From NCBI GenBank assembly GCA_024642325.1, contig JAHEBI010000001.1, forward strand, positions 1 through 34,408: DNA of 34,408 bases, written 5' to 3'. The first letter of the stretch is position 1. Each line of letters starts with the position of its first letter. The stretch comes from Eudoraea sp. (GTDB lineage: Bacteria; Bacteroidota; Bacteroidia; Flavobacteriales; Flavobacteriaceae). Positions 1 through 7,576 of this stretch are shown here, piece by piece. The position numbers and the translations under genes were made by a program. The notes beneath the pieces were generated by a model. The model was not told the origin of the DNA and made no database searches. It worked only from the letters and a program-made list of their open reading frames with translations.

Positions 1-351
1 CCTAAAGCAACCATGCTTTTGGATTTTTATCATGTGTACCGGGGTGGGAATGATTGGGACACTTTGGATGTCCTGAATGGAAAAAGATTGCCGGTCATGC
101 ACATAAATGATTACCCCTCAAGCCCGTCCTATGAATTACTGAAAGATTCGGACAGGATATTGCCGGGAGAAGGTATTTGCCCTTTTGACGAGGTCATCCC
201 TAAACTATACAATGCCGGTTTTAGGGGTGGTTTTTCTGTAGAGCTATTTAATAAGGGATATTGGGAGACCATGGATGCCCAGACCATGCTTAAAAACAGT
301 TATGAGAAAACGTACGAAGTGGTTGAAAAGGCGCTCGCTAACACTATTTAG
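1..351 (+). CDS. Sugar phosphate isomerase/epimerase, AP-endonuclease-2 TIM-barrel family (5'-partial)
   Basis: Frame is open from base 1 (PKATMLLDFYH...). Metal-ligand motifs DFYH, HIND, R-x-LPGEG and SVELF are typical of the xylose isomerase-like TIM barrel. Confidence 0.85.
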   Translation, partial: PKATMLLDFYHVYRGGNDWDTLDVLNGKRLPVMHINDYPSSPSYELLKDSDRILPGEGICPFDEVIPKLYNAGFRGGFSVELFNKGYWETMDAQTMLKNSYEKTYEVVEKALANTI

Positions 352-387
352 AAGTCCTCATAATAAACAAGTTAAATTTAGATCATT

Positions 388-1044
388 ATGAAACGTAGTT
401 TAAAACATGCAGTTATCTTCTTCCTGGTTTTTGGGAATTTTGTCCCCTCTTCAGGGCAGGAAATAAAAAATGACGATGGCATTGCCTGGATTTCCCTGTT
501 TAATGGAAAAGATCTCGAGGGTTGGAAAGTAGGTGTAAACGCCTCCACTTTTTCCGTTGAGGATGGTGCCATTAAAGTAGCCGGCGACAGGGCACATTTG
601 TTTTACGCGGGCGATGTGGAAAACCATAATTTTAAGAACTTCGAATTTAAGGCAAAGGTGATGACCAAACCCGGGGCTAATTCCGGGATTTATATCCATA
701 CCAGATATCAGGAAGACGGATGGCCCAGCCATGGTTATGAAGTCCAGGTAAATAACTCACAGGGCGACTGGAAGCGTACAGGCAGTTTGTACAATATAGT
801 CGATGTTAAGGAAAATTATGCCGCAGATAATGAATGGTATACGGAATATGTGAAAGTGGAGGGCAAGCGTATTATTATCAAAATAAATGATATTGTAGTT
901 GTTGATTATACAGAACCCGAAAATCCGCTTCGGGAGGGAGAAGGGGTAAACAGGGTTCTTGGCACAGGCACTTTTGCTTTACAGGGGCATGATCCGGGAA
1001 GCGTGGTTTTCTATAAAGACATCATGGTGAAACCATTACCGTGA
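388..1044 (+). CDS. DUF1080 (3-keto-disaccharide hydrolase-like) secreted protein
   Basis: Signal peptide followed by WISLFNGKDLEGW, ANSGIY, GYEVQV, TGSLY and FALQGHDPGS..FYKDI, the characteristic DUF1080 motifs. Confidence 0.9.
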   Translation: MKRSLKHAVIFFLVFGNFVPSSGQEIKNDDGIAWISLFNGKDLEGWKVGVNASTFSVEDGAIKVAGDRAHLFYAGDVENHNFKNFEFKAKVMTKPGANSGIYIHTRYQEDGWPSHGYEVQVNNSQGDWKRTGSLYNIVDVKENYAADNEWYTEYVKVEGKRIIIKINDIVVVDYTEPENPLREGEGVNRVLGTGTFALQGHDPGSVVFYKDIMVKPLP

Positions 1045-1209
1045 TCCTCCAAAAATTGGCAAACCCCTATGGCTGAATTACAGGTCTAATTGGAAGATGC
1101 ATATTATTCTTCTAAGAGCCCTGAGCATCTCTGGTATCTATATTTTCAAAATTCCCTGATAATATGCCTTTATTATTAGGATATCCCCTAAGAATTAGAA
1201 ATTATACCT

Positions 1210-1232
1210 TATTTTTAGTTTTGAATCAACCA
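1210..1232 (+). promoter_or_regulatory. Putative -7 element and leader of ASST1
   Basis: TATTTTTAG (TAnnTTTA variant of TAnnTTTG) followed by AATCAACCA, a motif shared with the leaders of ASST2 and ASST3. Confidence 0.45.
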
Positions 1233-1244
1233 AACCAAAAACCA

Positions 1245-2810
1245 ATGAAAAAAATTCTTCTCTATGCCGGTGCCATGATCTTTTTGGTACTGCTATTTAA
1301 TTGCGGTGATAAACCAACAACTGATGAGACAGCCGACAAAAAGGACCGAAATATGTTCGGGCACTATATCCCACGTGGATTAACCAAAACATCTGAAGGC
1401 CTTAGCCCCGGTTATATTATGTTCGCTGTTCCCAATTCTGCCTCCACCTATTTGATCAACAGAAAAGGAGAAGTAGTACACGAATGGAAAGGAAATTACA
1501 GCTTTCATAGTCCATATCTTATGGATGATGGTTCTCTTGTAACCGGCGCCAATGATCCCGATTATCCCGTATTCGGTTTTGGAGGACCCTATGGCCGGAT
1601 CCAAAAAATTAACTGGGATAGTAAAATGGAATGGGATTTTGAATACGCGGATACCACACAAATTGTACATCATGATTTTGCAGTCTTACCCAATGGGAAT
1701 ATTCTGGCGATTGCCTATGAAACATCTTCCTATGACTATGCACTTGCTTTAGGCAGGAAACCAGAGTTTACTCCAAGATCCGGGCCGTGGATGGAGAAAA
1801 TTATTGAAATAGAACCACAAGCCAACAATAGGGGCAAAATTGTCTGGGAGTGGCGAATAGAAGATCATCTGATTCAGGATTATGATGAAACCAAAGCCAA
1901 TTATGGGAATGTGGCAGAACATCCTGAATTGCTCAGTTTTAACCTGGGAGATTCCATTCCTCCTGCCATAACCCAGGACAGTCTGGATATTTTAAAAGCT
2001 ATGGGAAGGGGAGGTAGAAACCTCACCATTGATAATCCCCGTTCAGATATTTTACATTTTAATGCCATAAACTATAATCCCGAGCTGGACCAGATAGTGT
2101 TTAGCTCTCCCAGATTGAGTGAAATTTATATCATTGACCACAGTGTCACCACTGAAGAAGCTGCCGGTCACCAGGGAGGGAAAAGTGGAAAAGGAGGGGA
2201 TTTTTTATACCGTTGGGGAAATCCGGAAAATTATGGCCATGGCGATTCTACCAATCGCAAACTTTTTGGGCAGCATGATGTAAGATGGATAGAAAAAGGA
2301 AAACCAGGTGCGGGCCATCTTACGGTATATAATAATGATGTTCCCATGGGGCCCGACAGCCTTGATTATTCAGCCATATATGAAATTAAGCCACCTTTAA
2401 TGGAAGATGGTACTTATGAAATGATGACTAACAATGGTTTTGGGCCTGAGAAACAATTATGGAACTATGTAGCTAAGGACACCACCTCATTTTACGGAAG
2501 CTTTATTTCCGGGGCGCATCGTATGGAAAATGGTAATACGTTTATTAATGAAGGGCCCAAAGGCCGTTTATTTGAAGTGACTCCTGACGGAGAAATTGTC
2601 TGGGAATATTTAGTCCCCTATCGCGGCACCATTCATAAACCTAATGGGGAACCAACAAATATGATGCCTGGGACCTATAGTACGTTCCGGGCCACTTTTG
2701 TGCCCGCAGACCACCCGGCTTTACAGGGAAAGGATCTAAAACCTCTGGATCCTCAGCCCGAAGTATTTGTGATGCCACCTCCACCGCCTAAAGAGGATAA
2801 GAAGGCCTGA
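1245..2810 (+). CDS. Arylsulfate sulfotransferase (ASST)-like lipoprotein, paralog 1
   Basis: Start moved from 1164 to ATG 1245 (MKKILL...LLFNC lipobox, matching the paralogs). Motifs HHD..LPNGN, HFNAI, DFLYRWGNP, GQHD, ISGA.R..NGNT.I.EG, FEVTP.GEIVWEY. Confidence 0.88.
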   Translation: MKKILLYAGAMIFLVLLFNCGDKPTTDETADKKDRNMFGHYIPRGLTKTSEGLSPGYIMFAVPNSASTYLINRKGEVVHEWKGNYSFHSPYLMDDGSLVTGANDPDYPVFGFGGPYGRIQKINWDSKMEWDFEYADTTQIVHHDFAVLPNGNILAIAYETSSYDYALALGRKPEFTPRSGPWMEKIIEIEPQANNRGKIVWEWRIEDHLIQDYDETKANYGNVAEHPELLSFNLGDSIPPAITQDSLDILKAMGRGGRNLTIDNPRSDILHFNAINYNPELDQIVFSSPRLSEIYIIDHSVTTEEAAGHQGGKSGKGGDFLYRWGNPENYGHGDSTNRKLFGQHDVRWIEKGKPGAGHLTVYNNDVPMGPDSLDYSAIYEIKPPLMEDGTYEMMTNNGFGPEKQLWNYVAKDTTSFYGSFISGAHRMENGNTFINEGPKGRLFEVTPDGEIVWEYLVPYRGTIHKPNGEPTNMMPGTYSTFRATFVPADHPALQGKDLKPLDPQPEVFVMPPPPPKEDKKA

Positions 2811-2864
2811 TTTTACACTATATAAAACTAAGCAAATTCAGGGGGAATTAATTTTGACAAAATA

Positions 2865-2999
2865 ATGGATATGGATGGTATTGATGTAGTTATGGTCATT
2901 GCCATTATCCTTTTCGCAAGGCTTGGAATACGTTTACTAGGGGGTTATCGCAAAATGAAAAAAGATGACAAAAAGGATTCCCACAAAGAGGAACCCTAA
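2865..2999 (+). CDS. 44-aa single-pass membrane microprotein (not in ORF track)
   Basis: MDMDGIDVVMVIAIILFARLGIRLLGGYRKMKKDDKKDSHKEEP*: one hydrophobic helix then a positive-inside charged tail, with an A-rich leader. A decayed second copy lies at 4942-4989. Confidence 0.65.
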   Translation: MDMDGIDVVMVIAIILFARLGIRLLGGYRKMKKDDKKDSHKEEP

Positions 3000-3027
3000 A
3001 AATCAGTTATATATAAAAACAATCAGC

Positions 3028-3219
3028 ATGGGAATATTTTGGGATTTACTGCAACAGGACGAACTGGATAAACAACAGGCTCAGGCGGATAGCGTTGAAG
3101 ACCGCGTGGCCATTTTGGAGACCGAACTGGAGAACACAAGGGTACTCCTTAGAAAAACTCTGGAAGCGCTGGAGACTCACCTGAACAAAGATATAGACGG
3201 GGATGGGGTTACCGGCTAA
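3028..3219 (+). CDS. 63-aa coiled-coil protein with C-terminal DxDxDG motif
   Basis: Likely start ATG 3028 (MGIFWDLLQQ...) after an A-rich leader; the 2965 start overlaps the upstream small ORF. Heptad pattern VEDRVAILETELENTRVLLRKTLEALE, ending DIDGDGVTG. Confidence 0.75.
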   Translation: MGIFWDLLQQDELDKQQAQADSVEDRVAILETELENTRVLLRKTLEALETHLNKDIDGDGVTG

Positions 3220-3266
3220 ATTGGGGTATTACTATAATAATTGTTAAAAACTCAAAAAAAATACAT

Positions 3267-3290
3267 TAAATTTAGTCCATTAATCAACCA
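3267..3290 (+). promoter_or_regulatory. Putative -7 element and leader of ASST2
   Basis: TAAATTTAGTCCATTAATCAACCA, 22/24 identical to 5118-5141. Confidence 0.55.
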
Positions 3291-3297
3291 ACTTTAT

Positions 3298-4884
3298 ATG
3301 AAAAAAATTCTTTTTTACTTCAGCGCCATCATGATGATGGTGCTACTTTTTAATTGTGGAGACAATCAACCCTCTGATGAAACAGCGGCGAAAACAGGCC
3401 GCGATATTTTTGGACACTCCTTTGCCCGTGGATTGACCAAAACCACTGAGGGCCTTAGCCCGGGCTACATAATGTTTGCCCCGACTAATTCGCCTTACAC
3501 TTATCTTGTGAACAGAAAAGGGGAAGTAGTACATGAATGGAAAGGAACTTATGGAGCCTTCAATCCATATCTGATGGACGATGGATCTGTAGTGCTAGGT
3601 GAGGATGACCCTGACTATCCTGTGTTTGGGTTTGGAGGTCCCTATGGCCGGATCCAGAAAATTAGCTGGGATGGGAAAATTTTGTGGGATTTTGAATATG
3701 CAAACGAAGAAGAGATTATACATCACGATTTTGCGGTAATGCCAAATGGGAACATCCTTGCAATTGTTTATGAAACTACATCATTTGATGAGGCAATTGC
3801 CCATGGAAGAAAACCTGAAATGACACCACCTCACGGACCCTGGCTGGAAAAAATTGTGGAACTTGAACCCCAGGGACCCCGGGGAGCTAAAATTGTCTGG
3901 GAGTGGTATCTGGAAGATCACTTGATTCAGGATTTTGATGAAAGCAAGGCCAATTACGGCAATCCGGCCGAACACCCGGAATTGTTGGATTTCAATTTAG
4001 GAATGCCCATACCTCCGCCAATAACCCAGGACAGCCTGGATGTCATGAAAGCCATGGGTATGGCCGAAAGAAATCAGACTACAGATAATCTGGGATCAGA
4101 CATTTTTCACTTTAATGCTATCAATTACAATCCGGAACTGGATCAGATTGTGTTCAGCTCTCCTATTTTAAGTGAGGTTTTTATAATTGACCACAGTATA
4201 TCCACTGAAGAAGCGGCTGCTCATAAAGGTGGAAAATATGGTAAAGGTGGTGATTTTCTGTACCGCTGGGGCAATCCAGAGAACTATCAAAGAGGGGATT
4301 CCACCAACCGTCAATTATTTGGACAACACGATGTTAGATGGATAGAACCCGGAAAACCGGGTGCAGGAAACCTGACAGTGTTCAACAACCATCCTCCGGG
4401 GGATTTCGACTTTTTTAAAATGGGTGTCACTGACTCCCTCAATTATTCCATGGTGACCGAGATCACGCCTCCTTTAAATGAAAATGGGCAGTATGTTCTG
4501 GATGCTGATACAACCTTTGGTCCGGAAAAACCCACCTGGTTTTATAAGGCCTCGGATACCTTTTCATTTTACAGTCCTTTTATTTCCGGCGCCCATAGAA
4601 TGCATAATGGAAATACATTTATCAATGAAGGGGCCAGGGGACGGTTCTTTGAAGTAACTCCGGAAAATGAGATTGTCTGGGAATACCTCAACCCCTATAG
4701 AGGTGAGATACGCAAACCGAATGGCGAACCCAATAGTCCTATGTTTATGCCTTTTAGCGAGTTTCGTGCCACTTTTGTGCCGGAAAACCATCCTGCTTTA
4801 CAAGGAAAAGAGCTAAAACCTTTGGATCCACAACCCAAGCCATTTGTAATGCCACCACCACCTAAAGAAGAAAAGAAGGCATAA
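3298..4884 (+). CDS. ASST-like lipoprotein, paralog 2
   Basis: Start moved to ATG 3298 (MKKILF...LLFNC). Same ASST motifs as paralog 1. Confidence 0.88.
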   Translation: MKKILFYFSAIMMMVLLFNCGDNQPSDETAAKTGRDIFGHSFARGLTKTTEGLSPGYIMFAPTNSPYTYLVNRKGEVVHEWKGTYGAFNPYLMDDGSVVLGEDDPDYPVFGFGGPYGRIQKISWDGKILWDFEYANEEEIIHHDFAVMPNGNILAIVYETTSFDEAIAHGRKPEMTPPHGPWLEKIVELEPQGPRGAKIVWEWYLEDHLIQDFDESKANYGNPAEHPELLDFNLGMPIPPPITQDSLDVMKAMGMAERNQTTDNLGSDIFHFNAINYNPELDQIVFSSPILSEVFIIDHSISTEEAAAHKGGKYGKGGDFLYRWGNPENYQRGDSTNRQLFGQHDVRWIEPGKPGAGNLTVFNNHPPGDFDFFKMGVTDSLNYSMVTEITPPLNENGQYVLDADTTFGPEKPTWFYKASDTFSFYSPFISGAHRMHNGNTFINEGARGRFFEVTPENEIVWEYLNPYRGEIRKPNGEPNSPMFMPFSEFRATFVPENHPALQGKELKPLDPQPKPFVMPPPPKEEKKA

Positions 4885-4941
4885 TTTAACTGTATGTAAA
4901 ACAGGGAGAGTATAGAAGGAATTCACCCTTTTAAAAATAAA

Positions 4942-5070
4942 GATACGGATGGCATTGATCTCATTAGAGTCATTGCCATTTTTCTTATTACACCACCGGA
5001 GCCTTGTTAAAGAGTCGAACAGGAAAATCTTCTATAGTACGATGTCGAAGGGGATGGCGTTGCTGTTTAA
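4942..5070 (+). pseudogene. Collapsed, decayed remnants of the 44-aa and 63-aa small genes
   Basis: 4942-4989 matches 2868-2915 at 37/48 nt (DTDGIDLIRVIAIFLI vs DMDGIDVVMVIAIILF; ATG changed to ACG). 5041-5070 matches 3190-3219 at 22/30 nt (DVEGDGVAV* vs DIDGDGVTG*). Confidence 0.75.
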
Positions 5071-5117
5071 TCTATCGATTTTAAGATGTTATCGCTTAAA
5101 ATATGAAATATTTGCTA

Positions 5118-5141
5118 TAAATTTAATCCATTAATTAACCA
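5118..5141 (+). promoter_or_regulatory. Putative -7 element and leader of ASST3
   Basis: TAAATTTAATCCATTAATTAACCA, a near-copy of the ASST2 leader. Confidence 0.55.
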
Positions 5142-5146
5142 GCCAA

Positions 5147-6721
5147 ATGATGAAAAAATTACTTTCCCTGTGCGCCATTATCCTGATGGGGCTACTTTAT
5201 AATTGTGGAGAACACAAACCGCATAACGAAGCAATCACCAAAAAAGGCCGGGACATGTTTGGGCATTATATTCCCCGGGGGTTAACCAAGACTACCGATG
5301 GCCTTAGCCCCGGTTATGTCATGTTTTCCGCACCTAATTCGCCTTACACTTATCTTGTGAACAGAAAAGGGGAAGTGGTGCATCAATGGGAGGGAAATTA
5401 TGGAGCGTTCAATGCATATCTAATGGACGACGGTTCTATTTTATTGGCCGCAGAGGATCCGGATTTTCCAGTCTTTGGTTTTGGCGGCCCTTATGGCCGG
5501 ATTCAAAAAATTAGCTGGGATGGAAAGATGTTGTGGGATTTTGAATACGCCGATGAAAAACAAATTGTACATCATGATTTTGCCATTTTACCTAATGGGA
5601 ACATCCTTGCAATTGCCTATGTAGCTACTTCATTTGAAGATGCCATGGCTAATGGAAGAAAGGCTGAAATGATGCCAAAATCCGGTCCGTGGCTGGAAAA
5701 AATTATAGAAATTGAACCTCAAGGCCCCAGGGGAGGGAAAATTGTCTGGGAGTGGTATGTAGCAGATCATTTAATTCAGGACTTTGATGAAAGCAAGCCC
5801 AATTATGGAAATCCGGCCGAACATCCGGAATTGTTGGATTTCAACCTGGGATTGCCTATTCCGCCACCAATAACCCAGGACAGTCTGGATATTTTGAAAT
5901 CACTTGAGATGACAGATAGAAACGAGACTACTGATAATTTGGGTTCAGACATTTTTCACTTCAACGCCATAAATTACAATCCGGAACTGGATCAGATTGT
6001 ATTTAGCTCACCTTTTTTAAGCGAGATTTTTATTATTGACCACAGTACATCAACTGAAGAGGCGGCCGCCCATAAAGGAGGGAAATACGGGAAAGGCGGG
6101 GATTTCCTTTACCGCTGGGGCAACCCCGGAAACTATCAAAGAGGGGATTCTACTGACCGGCAGTTATTCGGGCAACATGATGTGCGATGGATAGAACCCG
6201 GAAAGCCGGGTGCCGGTAATCTGACGCTATTCAACAATCATCCTCCCGGGGATTTTGACTTTAAGGAAAGGAATGCTGATTCTCTTAATTATTCTATGGT
6301 GTTCGAGATTACCACACCAATAGATGAAAATGGCCAATATGTAATTACTGAAGATCAATCTTTTGGCCCTGAACAACCCACCTGGTTTTATATGGCCGCG
6401 GATACGCTATCGTTTTATAGCAGTTATATTTCCGGTGCTCATAGGATGGAGAATGGCAATACATTTATCAATGAAGGGGCTAAGGGGCGCTTTTTTGAAG
6501 TAACACCTGAAAAAGAAATTGTCTGGGAATACCTGAATCCCTATAGGGGTGAGATTCGCAAAAACAACGGTGAGCCAAAAAATCCAATGCCTGATCCTTA
6601 TTTTGAATTTCGCGCCACGTTTATTCCGGCAGATCATCCCGCTTTGCAGGGTAAAGAATTAGTACCAATAGACCCTCAACCTGAACCATTTGTTCTGCCT
6701 CCTCCAAAAGAGGAGAAATAA
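5147..6721 (+). CDS. ASST-like lipoprotein, paralog 3
   Basis: MMKKLL...LLYNC lipobox; HHD, HFN and GQHD motifs; closely similar to paralog 2. Confidence 0.88.
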   Translation: MMKKLLSLCAIILMGLLYNCGEHKPHNEAITKKGRDMFGHYIPRGLTKTTDGLSPGYVMFSAPNSPYTYLVNRKGEVVHQWEGNYGAFNAYLMDDGSILLAAEDPDFPVFGFGGPYGRIQKISWDGKMLWDFEYADEKQIVHHDFAILPNGNILAIAYVATSFEDAMANGRKAEMMPKSGPWLEKIIEIEPQGPRGGKIVWEWYVADHLIQDFDESKPNYGNPAEHPELLDFNLGLPIPPPITQDSLDILKSLEMTDRNETTDNLGSDIFHFNAINYNPELDQIVFSSPFLSEIFIIDHSTSTEEAAAHKGGKYGKGGDFLYRWGNPGNYQRGDSTDRQLFGQHDVRWIEPGKPGAGNLTLFNNHPPGDFDFKERNADSLNYSMVFEITTPIDENGQYVITEDQSFGPEQPTWFYMAADTLSFYSSYISGAHRMENGNTFINEGAKGRFFEVTPEKEIVWEYLNPYRGEIRKNNGEPKNPMPDPYFEFRATFIPADHPALQGKELVPIDPQPEPFVLPPPKEEK

Positions 6722-6869
6722 GCCTGATTCAGGATCATTTCGTGAAGAAAAATGAATTCCTCAAACCTTAAAAGTCAAATAGGAAGACTGAATTTTTGCT
6801 CCGGAACAACTGCTGCCAAATATGCCAAAACATCCCTGTGGTGAATACCATTCTATGGCAGCAATTAAA

Positions 6870-7532
6870 TTAGACCCTTCTCCCGTCCAGCAGATTGATG
6901 ATTCTGGAGCCATAAGCAGCATTACTCTCAGAATGCGTTACCTGGATGATGGTTACCCCTTCATTATTCAGTTGCTTAAAAAGGTCCATAATCTCCTCGC
7001 TCTGTTTGGAATTCAGGTTGCCGGTAGGCTCATCTGCCAATATTAATTTTGGATTGGAAATTAGTGCCCTGGCTACCCCCACCAATTGTTGCTGTCCGCC
7101 ACTAAGTTGAACTGGGAAAAGGTCTTTTTTCCCCACAATATTGAAACGGTCCAGCATATCTGCCACCATCGCCTTCCTTTCCGGAGATTTATATTTCTTG
7201 TATAAAAGGGGCATTTCCAGATTCTCCTGTACGGTTAGATCATCCAGCAAATGATATGATTGGAAGACAAACCCAATATATTCCTTATACATTTTGGCGC
7301 GATCCTTTTCTTTTAAAGTATGAACGGATTCCTCCAGAAAATGATATTCTCCCTCATCAAAATTATCGAGCATACCAATAACATTCAATAAAGTAGATTT
7401 ACCGGAACCGGAAGGGCCCATTACAGAGATAAATTCACCTTGTTCCACTTCAAGATTAATGTCCTTTAACAAAAAGATGCGCTGACCTCCCGAATTAACC
7501 CATTTATAAATATTGTTCAGTTGTAATAACAT
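6870..7532 (-). CDS. ABC transporter ATP-binding protein, MacB/LolD-like
   Basis: Walker A GPSGSGKST, GFVFQ, LSGGQQQ, LILADEPTGNL and VTH. Confidence 0.95.
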   Translation of the reverse strand: MLLQLNNIYKWVNSGGQRIFLLKDINLEVEQGEFISVMGPSGSGKSTLLNVIGMLDNFDEGEYHFLEESVHTLKEKDRAKMYKEYIGFVFQSYHLLDDLTVQENLEMPLLYKKYKSPERKAMVADMLDRFNIVGKKDLFPVQLSGGQQQLVGVARALISNPKLILADEPTGNLNSKQSEEIMDLFKQLNNEGVTIIQVTHSESNAAYGSRIINLLDGRRV

Positions 7533-7576
7533 GTTTAATCTTTATTTTTTTGATCCTATACAAACAGGAACCGGAT

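Noticed and set aside
1164-1244. N-terminal extensions in the ORF track (ASST1 1164; also 2965, 3241, 18458 and 25863)
   Set aside because: Downstream ATGs give proper signal peptides or match the paralogs, and most of the extensions run through predicted promoters or other ORFs.
4949-5134. 61-aa ORF between ASST2 and ASST3
   Set aside because: It is an out-of-frame reading across the decayed microprotein remnants and the ASST3 promoter.
6811-6863. TGCTGCCA...TGGCAGCA inverted repeat between convergent genes
   Set aside because: An 8-bp stem with a 37-nt loop and no U-tract is too weak to call a terminator.
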